Notes: generated by a model not told the origin, from the letters alone. A stretch of 64,000 nt of DNA from an uncultured Actinomycetes bacterium (GCA_963709345.1 CAVPVX010000002.1:320001-384000); one strand, 5' to 3'. Counted from the first letter of the stretch, positions 20,959 through 30,759 are shown. Numbers and translations are program-made.

Positions 20959-21134
20959 CAGCCCCCCTGGTCGGCCGGAGCGGGACGAGCCCGCGAGAGA
21001 CCCCATACTACTACCGCGTTGGGAGCGCGACCAGTACGGCCGGCGCGCGACCCAGCGGGCACTGCGCACGCCGGGTCGCGCGCTGGTCGCGCCCCTCGTT
21101 CATCGGCCGCCCACCTGCTTCGGCGGGCGGCGCC

Positions 21135-21236
21135 GGTCAGTCACCCGCGCCGGCGCCGGAGCGGCGTCGGTCAGTCACCCTCGGAGGCGCCGGGACGGCG
21201 CCGGTCAGTCACCCTCGGAGGCGCCGGGACGGCGCC
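21135..21236. repeat. Three tandem 34-bp units at the 3' end of the 21205-21774 gene
   Basis: GGTCAGTCACCC starts at 21135, 21169 and 21203; units 2 and 3 are identical (GGTCAGTCACCCTCGGAGGCGCCGGGACGGCGCC); unit 1 is diverged. Confidence 0.85.
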
Positions 21237-21774
21237 TCCAGGCCTGCAGGCCCGCCCAGCCGGCGCCCGCCACGACGGCCACGCCGATCCCGATGCCCAG
21301 GCCGATTCCGAGGGCGGCGGCGGCCAGGGGACCGAAGAGCACGCGGCCTCCCTCGCCGACCTCGACGCGCCGGGCCAGCGCCACGCCCACGGCGCCGCGC
21401 TCGACGCGCACCGCCGGAGCCACCGCCGCCACGCAGGCGCTCTTGTCCAAGGTCACGTCTCCCGCCGCGACCACCCACTGGACCGCGCTCTTGTCCAGGT
21501 GCAGGTTGCCGAGAGAAGGCGCCGCGACCGCCGCCGACAGGTGCAGCGACGTGTCGCCTCCGGAGATCAGCGCGACCGAAGCGCTCTGGTTCAGTTGCGC
21601 GCCGCCGCGAGCGGTCGTGGCCAGAGACGCGCTCTGCTCGAGACTGACGTCGCCGGCCCGGACCATGCCTATCAGCTTGTTGTGAATCGTGACCTCGGCA
21701 TCCTCACCAGGAGCCTCCGCCGAGCCGCCGGCCGCGTCGGCCGCTCCTTCCTTCAGAACGTCTTCGTCACCCAT
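21205..21774 (-). CDS. Hypothetical protein with ~16-aa repeats and a C-terminal TM helix
   Basis: GAGGAG RBS; repeats GDVSLEQSAS/GAQLNQSAS/GDTSLHLSAA/GNLHLDKSAV/GDVTLDKSAC. Confidence 0.65.
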   Translation of the reverse strand: MGDEDVLKEGAADAAGGSAEAPGEDAEVTIHNKLIGMVRAGDVSLEQSASLATTARGGAQLNQSASVALISGGDTSLHLSAAVAAPSLGNLHLDKSAVQWVVAAGDVTLDKSACVAAVAPAVRVERGAVGVALARRVEVGEGGRVLFGPLAAAALGIGLGIGIGVAVVAGAGWAGLQAWRRRPGASEGD

Positions 21775-21972
21775 GGTGCTCCTCTCGTCGCTTCTCCAGA
21801 GGAGCATTCCACAGAGCGGCGAGGGCTACGCACGTGAGCGGACGCCGACCGAAGCCGGGGCAGGGATCGCACGAGCGTCACGGCCCGCTCCCCGCACCGA
21901 CCGTCGCCGCGTTGCGCAGGCGTCGCATCACCCTGCGCCACAGCGCCTGCGGAGGCGCCAAGCCCCCCGCAG

Positions 21973-23427
21973 TCAGCGGCGCAGCTCAGCGTCTGCCGCC
22001 GCGAGAATCCTCGTGAGCTCGGCGGCCTGGGCCTCGTCGAGCGGCTCGGGCCGGTACTCGCGCCACAGCCCCTCGGCCCTCTCGCGCGCGACCTCGACCG
22101 GGTCGCGGAACGCGCCGCCGGGGCCGGCCTCATGAGTGATCGCCGGCGTCACCGCTCCGCGCATGTGCCGGCGCGTGTGCCTGTTGCCGAGGAAGTGGCC
22201 GCCGGGACCGACCTCGGCGATGGCGTCCAGGGCGATCTCCTCGTCCTCGAAGCCGATGTCCATCACGGAGTAGCGGGCGCGGTGATAGATGTCGTCACCG
22301 AGGATGAGGTGCTCGGGATAGAAGAGCGTGTAGACGTTGACGAGCCCGATGCTGGGCATCAGGTCCGACCCCTCCTGCGCGGCCTGCGCGAGGTCGAGCG
22401 CTTCCTCGACGCCGGCTTGCCAGGTGCCGGGCGCCGGCGAGTCGGTACCGCAGGCGGCCGACTCGGCGGGCACCCCCCAGTGGTGCGCGAGTTCCGTGCC
22501 CAGGGCTCGAATGCGGCCGTCGAGCGGGAAGCTGACGAAGTTGCCGGAGCGCGGGTCGGCAAAGCTCTGCATGGTCGAGTGCAGCACCGGCGCACCGGGG
22601 CTGGCCAGCTGCAGGACGACGGTCGCGGCGACCAGCTCGGCCGAGCCGAGGGCGAAGGCGCCTGCCTTGGTGGCCGGCGCGGTGGTGCCGAGCGTCGGCA
22701 TGGTGACCCACGTGACGGGCACGCCGGCGGCGGCGAACACGAGTGCCGCCTCGATCGCGTCCTTGTCCACCACGAGCGGCGAGATGGTGCCGATGAGGTC
22801 GCTCATGACAGGGCGGCGGCGTAACTCCTCGGCGCTGCCGGCGATGACCGTCGCCATCTCCACGGCGTAGCGGGCTTCGCGCTCGCCGTTGACCATCCCC
22901 TGCAGGTGCTTGACGGTGTTGTTCCAGCCGGCGTCCAGCTCGTGTAGTTGCGCCGTCTCGCCGCAGTCCCCGGCGCTCACGGTCGGCCACCAGAACGAGA
23001 TGCTGGAGAGGTAGTCTTGCAGCCGGGAGACGTCGGCCAGGTCGGCCTTCGTCGACTGGCGCCGCTCGCGCGTCGCGAAGTCGATGATCTCGACGCCGCA
23101 GCCGTCGGTGGTGCAGTACGTGCGGCCGTCCCCGACGGCGATGTCGCACGAGGCGTCGCGAGCGCCGAGGGGGAAGCTTCGCGGCGCCGTCGCCATCGCG
23201 TCGAGCACGAGGCTCGGCGGGAGCTTCGCGATCTGCTTCTCGCGGTCGACCCGAGCCCCATTCTCGGCGAGGACGTCGAGCGCCTTGTCGCTCTGGAAGC
23301 GGACGCCCACGCCCTCGAGGATGTCCAGCGTCGCCTGCTTCAGGCGGTCGAGTCGCTCATCGGAGTGATAGCTGAAGGTGAACGCCGGCTCGAACGGCGC
23401 GATGGACAGACGGTCGATGGGTGCCAC
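21973..23427 (-). CDS. Trimethylamine methyltransferase family (non-Pyl MttB), third copy
   Basis: LKQATLDILEGVGV, GTISPL, MPTLGTTAPAT, VGPGGHFLG..HT; GTG start after AGGAGG. Confidence 0.88.
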   Translation of the reverse strand: MAPIDRLSIAPFEPAFTFSYHSDERLDRLKQATLDILEGVGVRFQSDKALDVLAENGARVDREKQIAKLPPSLVLDAMATAPRSFPLGARDASCDIAVGDGRTYCTTDGCGVEIIDFATRERRQSTKADLADVSRLQDYLSSISFWWPTVSAGDCGETAQLHELDAGWNNTVKHLQGMVNGEREARYAVEMATVIAGSAEELRRRPVMSDLIGTISPLVVDKDAIEAALVFAAAGVPVTWVTMPTLGTTAPATKAGAFALGSAELVAATVVLQLASPGAPVLHSTMQSFADPRSGNFVSFPLDGRIRALGTELAHHWGVPAESAACGTDSPAPGTWQAGVEEALDLAQAAQEGSDLMPSIGLVNVYTLFYPEHLILGDDIYHRARYSVMDIGFEDEEIALDAIAEVGPGGHFLGNRHTRRHMRGAVTPAITHEAGPGGAFRDPVEVARERAEGLWREYRPEPLDEAQAAELTRILAAADAELRR

Positions 23428-23549
23428 GAGGCAGCCTCCTGGTCGCGGTCGCCCATTCATACCAGACCCTCCGCCTGCTCACCAGAGAGGCGATCCTTTC
23501 GAGGCTTTCGCCAGATCCCGCACGAGATTCGCAAAGACGCGGGCGACGG

Positions 23550-24188
23550 TCATTCCTCACCGCGCGTGACGTAGCGACGGCGTATCAGATACTGGGCAAG
23601 GGGGATCGACAGCCAGGCGTACTGCACAGCCTCCGTCCCCAAGGGCAACAGGACCAGTGAACCCAGGAAGATGAGGGCGACCACGAGGCCACGCCAGATG
23701 GAGAACCTGGTACTGCGTTCTGACACATGTGGCGAGCAGAGACGGTGACCCAGCAGGGCGTAGGCCGCAAGGCCGGAGGTCGCGAGGCCGACCAGCGCCA
23801 GCGTGACCGCATAGACGGCGACGGCGAGAGGCTGGTCGCCGCGCTCCCCGACGAGCGAGGACGTGAAGGGCTGGACGACGATGAACAAGAGCACCAGCAT
23901 ATTGAGCCAGATGAGGCGGGCGTCGTACCGCTCGATCACCGAGAACAGCCGGTGATGGACCACCCAGTACGTGCCGATCACGAGGAAGCTGATCGCGAAG
24001 CTGAGAAAGGAGGGCAACAGGCCGGCGAGCTCCGCGGCGAGATCGCCGCTCGCCGGCACCTCGAGCTGGAGCGCGAGCAGGGTGATGGCGATGGCAAACA
24101 CGCCGTCGCTGAATGCGGCGATGCGCGCCACCTCCCTCGACTGGTCGCGCGCCGACTCCCCGGTGACTGATGCTCTCTCTGCCATCAC
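23550..24188 (-). CDS. TMEM175-family (DUF1211) channel protein
   Basis: RIAAFSDGVFAIAITLL signature; SFLVIGTYWVVHHR. Confidence 0.88.
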   Translation of the reverse strand: MMAERASVTGESARDQSREVARIAAFSDGVFAIAITLLALQLEVPASGDLAAELAGLLPSFLSFAISFLVIGTYWVVHHRLFSVIERYDARLIWLNMLVLLFIVVQPFTSSLVGERGDQPLAVAVYAVTLALVGLATSGLAAYALLGHRLCSPHVSERSTRFSIWRGLVVALIFLGSLVLLPLGTEAVQYAWLSIPLAQYLIRRRYVTRGEE

Positions 24189-24297
24189 GCCCTATCTTGC
24201 GCCCCCGAGGCTGAATCCCTGCCTGTCGCCGCGGACCCGGGCGGCGCTGCCGTGCCCGTTTGATCGTGAAGATCCTGTGCGCGTCTCGTCCGCCGCG

Positions 24298-24323
24298 CTA
24301 AGACTCGAGCCCGCCCCTCGTCT
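24298..24323 (+). promoter_or_regulatory. Putative ECF sigma promoter
   Basis: CTAAG-N15-TCGTCT upstream of 24375; the same motif lies upstream of the ECF gene. Confidence 0.45.
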
Positions 24324-24374
24324 GTATGGTCGAGAGGCACGGGACCGCCGTGCCGAGAATGCTCGGAGGCCCAC

Positions 24375-24818
24375 ATGAAGAAGCTGCTCATCCTCTTGGT
24401 CGTCGTCGCGATGGTGCTGGTCGTCGCCCCCGCGGCCTTCGCCGGCAACGGCAACGGCAACGGCGGCGGGAACGGCGGCGGCAAAGGCGGCGGCTCCAAG
24501 GCGACCGTGGTGAAGTACTCCCTGAGCGGCACGGTCACCGCGGTCGGCGCCGACTCGATCACCCTGACCGTCGTGAAGGGCAACAAGGCGGCCCGTGCCT
24601 ACAAGGGCCAGACCGTCACGCTGAACGTGACGGCGGCGAGCCTCCTCTACGAGCGCACAGCCGATCGCGAGCTCGTCGCGGCCACCCTCGCGGACTTCGC
24701 CGCCGGCGACCGCGTGAACTCCTCGGGCACCCTCGACCGCTCCAACGCGGCGGCGCCGGTCTTCACCGCCAAGCGCGCAACCATCGCGCTGCCGGTCGGC
24801 ACCTGCCTCGTCCCCTGA
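24375..24818 (+). CDS. Secreted hypothetical protein (Gly/Asn-rich linker, OB-fold/DUF5666-like)
   Basis: Signal peptide ending AFA; GNGNGNGGG; GTVTAV..SITL, DFAAGDRV. Confidence 0.7.
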   Translation: MKKLLILLVVVAMVLVVAPAAFAGNGNGNGGGNGGGKGGGSKATVVKYSLSGTVTAVGADSITLTVVKGNKAARAYKGQTVTLNVTAASLLYERTADRELVAATLADFAAGDRVNSSGTLDRSNAAAPVFTAKRATIALPVGTCLVP

Positions 24819-24830
24819 TCCAGCGAGCGC

Positions 24831-24873
24831 GATGCGACGGCGGCGGCCGCATTCCGGCCGCCGCCGTCGCATC
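24831..24873 (+). terminator. Stem-loop downstream of the secreted protein gene
   Basis: Perfect 19-bp inverted repeat GATGCGACGGCGGCGGCCG with a 5-nt loop. Confidence 0.65.
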
Positions 24874-24936
24874 TCTCCCCCGCCGCGGGACCGCACACGG
24901 GCGACATCCGCGCCGTCGGTCTGTTACCTTCCCTCC

Positions 24937-25974
24937 ATGGAACAATCCGGTCCCACCGCCGCAGGGCGCCCCCTCCTCATCGCCAACCCCGCCGCCGGGC
25001 ACGGCCGCACCGGCCACGCCCTCCCGCACCTCGTCGCCGCCGTGCGCGACGCCCTCGGCGACCTCGAGGTCGCCGAGACCCGCCGCCGTGGGGACGCGGA
25101 GCGGCGTGCCGCCGCGGCAGTCCTGGAGCGGCGGCCGCTGGTCGTCGGTCTCGGCGGAGACGGCACCCTGAACGAGATCGCCAACGGGCTGCTGGCGGGG
25201 GTGCCGGAGCGGCCCGTGGACGCGGAGCGGACGGGACCTGCTTCAGGCGCCTCCGCACGCGGCCTGCCCGCACTCGGCATCGTCGGCACAGGCACCGGCG
25301 GCGACTACGGTCGATCGCTGGGCATCCCACACGAGCTCCGCGCGTACCTCGCCGCCCTCAGGGGCGGCGCGGAGCGCGCCGTCGACGTCGGGCGAGCCCG
25401 CTACACGGGGCCGGACGGGCGGCCGTGCCGGCGGTACTGGCTCAACGTCCTCTCGGCCGGCATCGGCGGGCTCGTCGACCACTACACCGCGTCTGCGCCG
25501 GCGCTCCTCGGAGGCCGCCTCGCCTACGCGCAAGCGACCGTCCGCGCGATCGTCGTGTGCCGGCGCCTCAGGCTGCGCTGCCGGTACGTCACCCTCGACG
25601 GCGCACCGCGGGAACGCGTGCTCGACGCCCACGCCGTCGCCGTCTGCAACGGGCGCACCTTCGGCGGAGGCATGAACATCGCGCCCATGGCCCGGCTCGA
25701 CGACGGCGTGCTCGAAGTCGTCACGTTCGAGACCCGGACCCGGGCACGGCTCATCGGCCGCTTCATGACCGTCTACGCCGGGACGCACCTCGACGAACCC
25801 GGAATCAGCCACTTCAGGTGCCTCTCGCTGGAACTCGAGCCGGAGACGAAGGCGGACCGCCGGCCACGCGCCGGGCTCTTCCCCCTGGACGTCGACGGTG
25901 ACGCGCTGGGAGACGTACCTCTGCGGGTGGACGTGGCGCCCGCGGCGCTGCGCGTGCGAGCGCCCCTCCCCTGA
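24937..25974 (+). CDS. Diacylglycerol/lipid kinase family (YegS-like)
   Basis: IANPAAG, GGDGTLNE, GTGGDY, NGRTFGGGM.IAP.A..DDG, DVDGD. Confidence 0.88.
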   Translation: MEQSGPTAAGRPLLIANPAAGHGRTGHALPHLVAAVRDALGDLEVAETRRRGDAERRAAAAVLERRPLVVGLGGDGTLNEIANGLLAGVPERPVDAERTGPASGASARGLPALGIVGTGTGGDYGRSLGIPHELRAYLAALRGGAERAVDVGRARYTGPDGRPCRRYWLNVLSAGIGGLVDHYTASAPALLGGRLAYAQATVRAIVVCRRLRLRCRYVTLDGAPRERVLDAHAVAVCNGRTFGGGMNIAPMARLDDGVLEVVTFETRTRARLIGRFMTVYAGTHLDEPGISHFRCLSLELEPETKADRRPRAGLFPLDVDGDALGDVPLRVDVAPAALRVRAPLP

Positions 25975-26015
25975 TCCCCGCCGTCGCGGCTACACGCCGA
26001 GACGCCCGGACCGGT

Positions 26016-27557
26016 TCAGTCGCCGGGACGCCCCCCGATACTCGGGCCGTCGACGGTACCGGAGCCTCCGCCGCTCGTACCCGCGCCCGTCCCGGCGCCT
26101 CCGGGTCCCGAGCCGCCACCGGTGCCCATGCCGGACCCGCTGCCGGTGCCGGCGCCCGAACTCGAGCCGCCTTCGGACTTCGGCCCTGTGCCGGCGGAGC
26201 CGCCGGCGGCACCCGCATGTGGCGCGGCGGTCCGACCGGCCGAGCCTCCCGTTCCGGCGCCGGACTTCGCGCCGCCCTCACCCGCGCGGGAGGACCCGCC
26301 GCTGCCGCCGCTCCCCGCGCGGCCCACAGCGGAGCCGGGACGCGACCGCTCACCGTCACCCGCCCTCTCGTCCGGGCGCGAGGCCTGACGCCGCCGCTCC
26401 CGCGAGAGAGCGCCCGACGCGTCGCCCTGGGCCGCCGCTCCGCCCGCGCCCGCTTGGACGGATCCGGATGCCGCAGGCCGCGCGGAGCCGCCGGGCGGAC
26501 CACCGTCCATGTGGCGAACTTCGTATCCGGCAACGCCGGCCGCGCCGACGGCCACCGTCGCCGCGGCGGCCACGGCGACCGCCTTCAGGCCGGCCGCGGC
26601 CCCGATCTTGGCCAGCAGCCCCGCGCCTGCGGCGCCGGCGGAGCCGCAGGCCGCGCCGGTCGCCGCGCCGCCGGCGACCGCTCCCGCCGACCCGCCGGCC
26701 GCACTCACGGCGCCGGCGGCGCCGAGACCGGCGGCGGGAATGGCGACTCCCGCCACCGACGCGGCGGCGAACGTCGCCGCGAGACTGAGCTTCGCCGGCA
26801 AGGCCACCTGCGAGACGAGCAGGCCGAGCCCGACGGGCGCGACACCCCAGAGGGCGACGGTGTGCCGGCAGTCGGGACAGCTGCGCGCATGCTCGAGCAG
26901 CCAGGCGCGTCGCTCGTCGCTGAGGCCTCCACCGACGCTCCCCGCGAGTGCCTCGTCGGCGACCGAGCAGGCCGCCGGAGCGGCGACGGATTCATCGCCG
27001 GCGGCCATGAAGATGCGGCGGAAGCCCTTGCGGGCGCGAGAGAGCAGGACGTCGGCCGATCCCCGCGTGACGCCGAGCACCGACGCGGTCTCGCCCACGC
27101 TGAGGCCGTGGACGTCGCGCAGCACGAGCGCGACCTGCTGGCGCTTGGGCAGAGAGCGCAGCGTCGCATCGACGCGGCCGGCGAGCTCCGCGCGCTCGTA
27201 CTCGTCGACCATCGCAGCGGGTTCGCGCTCGGCGTCCATAGCGACCACGGGGCGGCGCTTGCGCGCGCGCAGGTGGTCGAACGACGCGTTGACGGTCACG
27301 CGGTAGAGCCATGCCGCGAGGCTGGATTCGCGCGCGTTCGGGGGAGGGCTGCGGAACACCTTGATCAGCACCTCCTGTGTCACGTCCTGCGCATCCTGAG
27401 GGTCGTCCACGATCCGCAGCGCCAGGTTGTAGATCGGCGCCGCGAAGTCGCCGTGCAGGGACTCGAAAGCCTCTCTCCGGCCGGCGCGCAGCCCGGCGAG
27501 GAGCGACTCCTCGTCGGCGAACCCTTCGGGGACGCTCGCTTGTGGCTGCCAAGCCAT
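26016..27557 (-). CDS. ECF sigma factor with fused zinc anti-sigma (ZAS) motif, TM helix and Gly-rich tail
   Basis: DAQDVTQEV, AWLYRVTVN (sigma2), LPKRQQVALVLRDVHGLS (sigma4), HARSCPDC (HxxxCxxC). Confidence 0.85.
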   Translation of the reverse strand: MAWQPQASVPEGFADEESLLAGLRAGRREAFESLHGDFAAPIYNLALRIVDDPQDAQDVTQEVLIKVFRSPPPNARESSLAAWLYRVTVNASFDHLRARKRRPVVAMDAEREPAAMVDEYERAELAGRVDATLRSLPKRQQVALVLRDVHGLSVGETASVLGVTRGSADVLLSRARKGFRRIFMAAGDESVAAPAACSVADEALAGSVGGGLSDERRAWLLEHARSCPDCRHTVALWGVAPVGLGLLVSQVALPAKLSLAATFAAASVAGVAIPAAGLGAAGAVSAAGGSAGAVAGGAATGAACGSAGAAGAGLLAKIGAAAGLKAVAVAAAATVAVGAAGVAGYEVRHMDGGPPGGSARPAASGSVQAGAGGAAAQGDASGALSRERRRQASRPDERAGDGERSRPGSAVGRAGSGGSGGSSRAGEGGAKSGAGTGGSAGRTAAPHAGAAGGSAGTGPKSEGGSSSGAGTGSGSGMGTGGGSGPGGAGTGAGTSGGGSGTVDGPSIGGRPGD

Positions 27558-27578
27558 GAGTGGTGACTCCACCCCCAT

Positions 27579-27605
27579 AGACGACAATAGATGCCCTGAC
27601 CTTAG
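27579..27605 (-). promoter_or_regulatory. Putative autoregulatory ECF promoter
   Basis: Minus strand CTAAG-N16-TCGTCT, about 20 nt before the ATG. Confidence 0.45.
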
Positions 27606-27663
27606 CATCCGACTGTGAAGCACTTGTGCGCAGGCCGCCAGTGGGCAGACCAGCCGGCGTCCC

Positions 27664-30156
27664 TCAGTCCGCGAAGGCGAAGCCCTTGTCGCGGAAGAGG
27701 CGCATGCAGGCGTCCGCGACCCGGTCGTCGTAGCGGACCCCGCGGCCGCCTTCTATCTCCGCCAGGGCCGGCTCGAGACCGACGGCCGGCCGGTACGGGC
27801 GGTGCGAGGCCATGGCCTCCACCACATCGGAGACGGCGATGATGCGCGCAAACCGCCCGATCCCTCTTCCCGCCAGACCGCCCGGGTAGCCGCTGCCGTC
27901 CAGGCGCTCGTGGTGCTGCAGCACCGCGTCGGTCACCTCCGCCGGCAGCCCGGCAGGCTCGAGCAGCTCGCGGCCGCTCTCGCAATGGCACTGGATGATC
28001 GCGTACTCGGCCTCACTGAGGCGCGCCGGCTTGCTGAGGATCTCCGCCGGCACCGCGATCTTGCCGATGTCGTGGACGGTAGCGGCCAGTCGCAGCAGCC
28101 TGAGGTCGGCTCCCTCCATCCCCATCTCGGAGCCGATCGCCGCGGCCAGCTGGGCCACTCGTCGCGCGTGACCAGCGGTGTACGGGTCGCGGGTGCTCAT
28201 CGCCCCCGAGAGGGTCTCCACCGTGCGTTCCATCGCCTGCTCGAGCCGGGCGGCGTCGAGAAGCCGCTCCTCGATCGCGACCCGTCGCTCCTCCTCGACG
28301 GCGGCGGCCCTGCCGAGCACGCACAGCAACTCGAGCTGGCTCTCCCGCAGCGCCACGTCGACGGTGAAGAGGCAGCTGAGCGACGCGACCCCCAGCCCAC
28401 TCACAACGATCGGAAAGCCGATGAAGCAGCGCAGCCCGTGGCGGCGGATGAAGGGGCTCGTGTGCGCGAACGCGGACTGGTCGAAACCGTGGATGACATG
28501 TACGTGATCGTCCGTCCGTCCCATCACGTCCGCGCAGGCGCGGCCCTCCGCCGAGGTCACACGAGGCATGTCGCCGGGGATGTTCCAGCCCACCTCCGCG
28601 ACCAGGTCGTCACCGCAGCGGCGCGTGTAGAGCACGAAGTCGGCGCCGGTGACCTCGGCGGCCGCGCGACACACCTGCGTGAGATTGTCGTTCACGTTGG
28701 GACCGAAGGTCAGAAAGGCGTCGCTGACCGTGTGCAGGTTCTGGTCGTCGGCCAACGAGATGAGGAGCCCCGCCAGCTGGTCGGCGACGAGATGCAGCAG
28801 GTAGAGATCCTCGTCGCCCCACCCCGAGCCTCCCCCAGGGGCGTCACGCTCACGCGCGTCGGCGCCGAGTATGAGGCACCCCGCGAGCGTCTTCTCCTGA
28901 GCTATGGGCACGGCCATGACGGCGCCAAGCCCGGCCCGCGCCAGGGACGCACGCTCGGCAGCCGCCTCCGGGGGAAGATCGGCGCTCGACCAGACGATGC
29001 CCGAGTCTCCTTCCTGAAGGCGCTCACGGAGCCACGAGAGATCCGCGAAGTCGATGGGAGCGTCCTCCTCGACGACGCGGCCGCTCTCGCGCCGCCACAC
29101 GCGCGCCCGGGTCGTGGTGACGCCGTCGGGCGCCAGCTCATGGAGCCCGATGCGGTCGGCGCCGATGTGCCCGCCGACCTCGGACAGCGCGTAGTCGATC
29201 ACCGCCGCCGCCGTGTCGCGATTCGCGTTGACAAAACGGGCGGATATGGAACTCACAAGGATCTCGAGGTCGAGGCGCCGGCGGAGCGCATCCTCGGCGA
29301 GCTTGCGCTTGGTGATGTCGCGGCCAACGCCGAGCACGCCGCGAAGCTCTCCGCCGTCGGCCAACAGCGACTCGAAGACCCACTGGACGACGCGCTCGCC
29401 GCCGGGGGTGGCCAGGGTCATCTCGCGCGTCGCGCTGAAGGGCGGGCTCATGAGTTCTGCGAACAGCCCCTCGGCCTCGCGCTTGAACTCCTCGGGCGCC
29501 ATCTGGTGCACGGCCGCAAGGTCCCTGCCCTCGATCTCGGCCGCCGTCATTCCCAGAAGGCGCAGCAACGACGCCGAGAGGAAGCGGATGCGCCCGTCGC
29601 CGTCCAGCCGCACCACGAACTCACTCGGACTCTCGAGGAGCATGTCGAGGATCTCCTGCCGGCTCGCGTCGTCGGTGCGTTCACTCTGGGGGGTGGCGTC
29701 GACGATGAAGACGGTCCAGGCGGCGACGGCCACCCCGGCGGCCTCACCCAAACGTTCGCCGCCCCGGTCAGGGACTCCGCCAGGCAGCCCCGGGGTGAGC
29801 ACAGGGCTCGCGACCACGCTCACCCAGACCGGGTCACCCGCGGTCGTGACCAGGTACTCGTCGAAGGCAAGCGTGCGGGGCGCCTCGCCGGTCGCCACGG
29901 CCTCGCTCCCCGCGCGCTCGCGCCACCCCGGCATGTAGTCCTCCCAGTCGGCATCGAGCACCTCATCCCCCGAGGCCCCGAGAAGATCGAGGAAGGGGCG
30001 GTTGGCGGCGAGCAGCACCGCGTCGGCAGTGAGGACGCCGAGAGGCTGGCGATACGGGAGGTAGCCGACGACCTCGACCAGTTGGCGCAACTGGGCGCGC
30101 ACCTCGTCGGGTACGCGCCCGTTCAACCAGTCAATATGCTGCAGTCGCGAAGCCAT
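27664..30156 (-). CDS. PAS/GAF-containing HD-GYP phosphodiesterase
   Basis: Two PAS (GRDITKRK), GAF segments, RDPYTAGH, HDIGK, QHHERLDGSGYP, HRPYR. Confidence 0.9.
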   Translation of the reverse strand: MASRLQHIDWLNGRVPDEVRAQLRQLVEVVGYLPYRQPLGVLTADAVLLAANRPFLDLLGASGDEVLDADWEDYMPGWRERAGSEAVATGEAPRTLAFDEYLVTTAGDPVWVSVVASPVLTPGLPGGVPDRGGERLGEAAGVAVAAWTVFIVDATPQSERTDDASRQEILDMLLESPSEFVVRLDGDGRIRFLSASLLRLLGMTAAEIEGRDLAAVHQMAPEEFKREAEGLFAELMSPPFSATREMTLATPGGERVVQWVFESLLADGGELRGVLGVGRDITKRKLAEDALRRRLDLEILVSSISARFVNANRDTAAAVIDYALSEVGGHIGADRIGLHELAPDGVTTTRARVWRRESGRVVEEDAPIDFADLSWLRERLQEGDSGIVWSSADLPPEAAAERASLARAGLGAVMAVPIAQEKTLAGCLILGADARERDAPGGGSGWGDEDLYLLHLVADQLAGLLISLADDQNLHTVSDAFLTFGPNVNDNLTQVCRAAAEVTGADFVLYTRRCGDDLVAEVGWNIPGDMPRVTSAEGRACADVMGRTDDHVHVIHGFDQSAFAHTSPFIRRHGLRCFIGFPIVVSGLGVASLSCLFTVDVALRESQLELLCVLGRAAAVEEERRVAIEERLLDAARLEQAMERTVETLSGAMSTRDPYTAGHARRVAQLAAAIGSEMGMEGADLRLLRLAATVHDIGKIAVPAEILSKPARLSEAEYAIIQCHCESGRELLEPAGLPAEVTDAVLQHHERLDGSGYPGGLAGRGIGRFARIIAVSDVVEAMASHRPYRPAVGLEPALAEIEGGRGVRYDDRVADACMRLFRDKGFAFAD

Positions 30157-30374
30157 CGTTCCCTGTATCGGCTGAAGGATGCCCGAAGATAACTCCGCGA
30201 CGTCTATTCGCTCGCGCGCGCTGCGGGCAGGAACGGCGTGCGACGTGCGGCATGTGGGAACCATGATGACGACGCAGTGGGGCCGCGCGCCGACGGGCTG
30301 TGCCTCTCAGACCCCCCGGCACGGACCGCGACGCGCGACCCGGCTGCGCGAGACACCCTGTGGAGGGACGAGCC

Positions 30375-30509
30375 ATGGCGCACAGCGTGACTCGCAGGTC
30401 GCTTCAGGCGGGCAGCCGGCGAGCGCTCGTCATCGTGATCGCGCTCGCCGCGATCGCGCTGCTGACGCTCGCCTGGCTGCTCGTGGCGCCGGCCGTCGGC
30501 CTCGGCTGA
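30375..30509 (+). CDS. Small single-TM peptide
   Basis: GGAGG RBS; 44 aa with a hydrophobic stretch. Confidence 0.4.
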   Translation: MAHSVTRRSLQAGSRRALVIVIALAAIALLTLAWLLVAPAVGLG

Positions 30510-30531
30510 CAGGCCGGGGGCGGGCGGTCGT

Positions 30532-30759
30532 TCAGCCCTTGCCCGGCGGGTTGTGCTTCGGCGGGCCGCCACGCGTGCGCTCGAAGGTCCCAGGGTTGAG
30601 CTTCGTCCGAGAGATGCCGACCTTGAAGCCGCCGAAGACCCGCGTCACATCGCGCGAGCCGCAGGCGGGACACACGGCCTTGCCCTCGCGACCGGCGTGG
30701 CTGGAGACGATCTCGAAGCGTTCACCGCACTTCGCGCACGTGTACTCGTAGACGGGCAT
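30532..30759 (-). CDS. FmdB-family zinc-ribbon protein
   Basis: MPVYEYTCAKCG..FE...CPACGS. Confidence 0.85.
   Translation of the reverse strand: MPVYEYTCAKCGERFEIVSSHAGREGKAVCPACGSRDVTRVFGGFKVGISRTKLNPGTFERTRGGPPKHNPPGKG

Noticed and set aside
21135-21236. CRISPR array
   Set aside because: The units are contiguous 34-bp tandem copies without unique spacers, overlap a coding end, and have no cas genes nearby.
10329-23427. Pyrrolysine-containing MttB
   Set aside because: None of the three MttB frames has an in-frame TAG at the Pyl-equivalent position, and no pyl genes are in the window.
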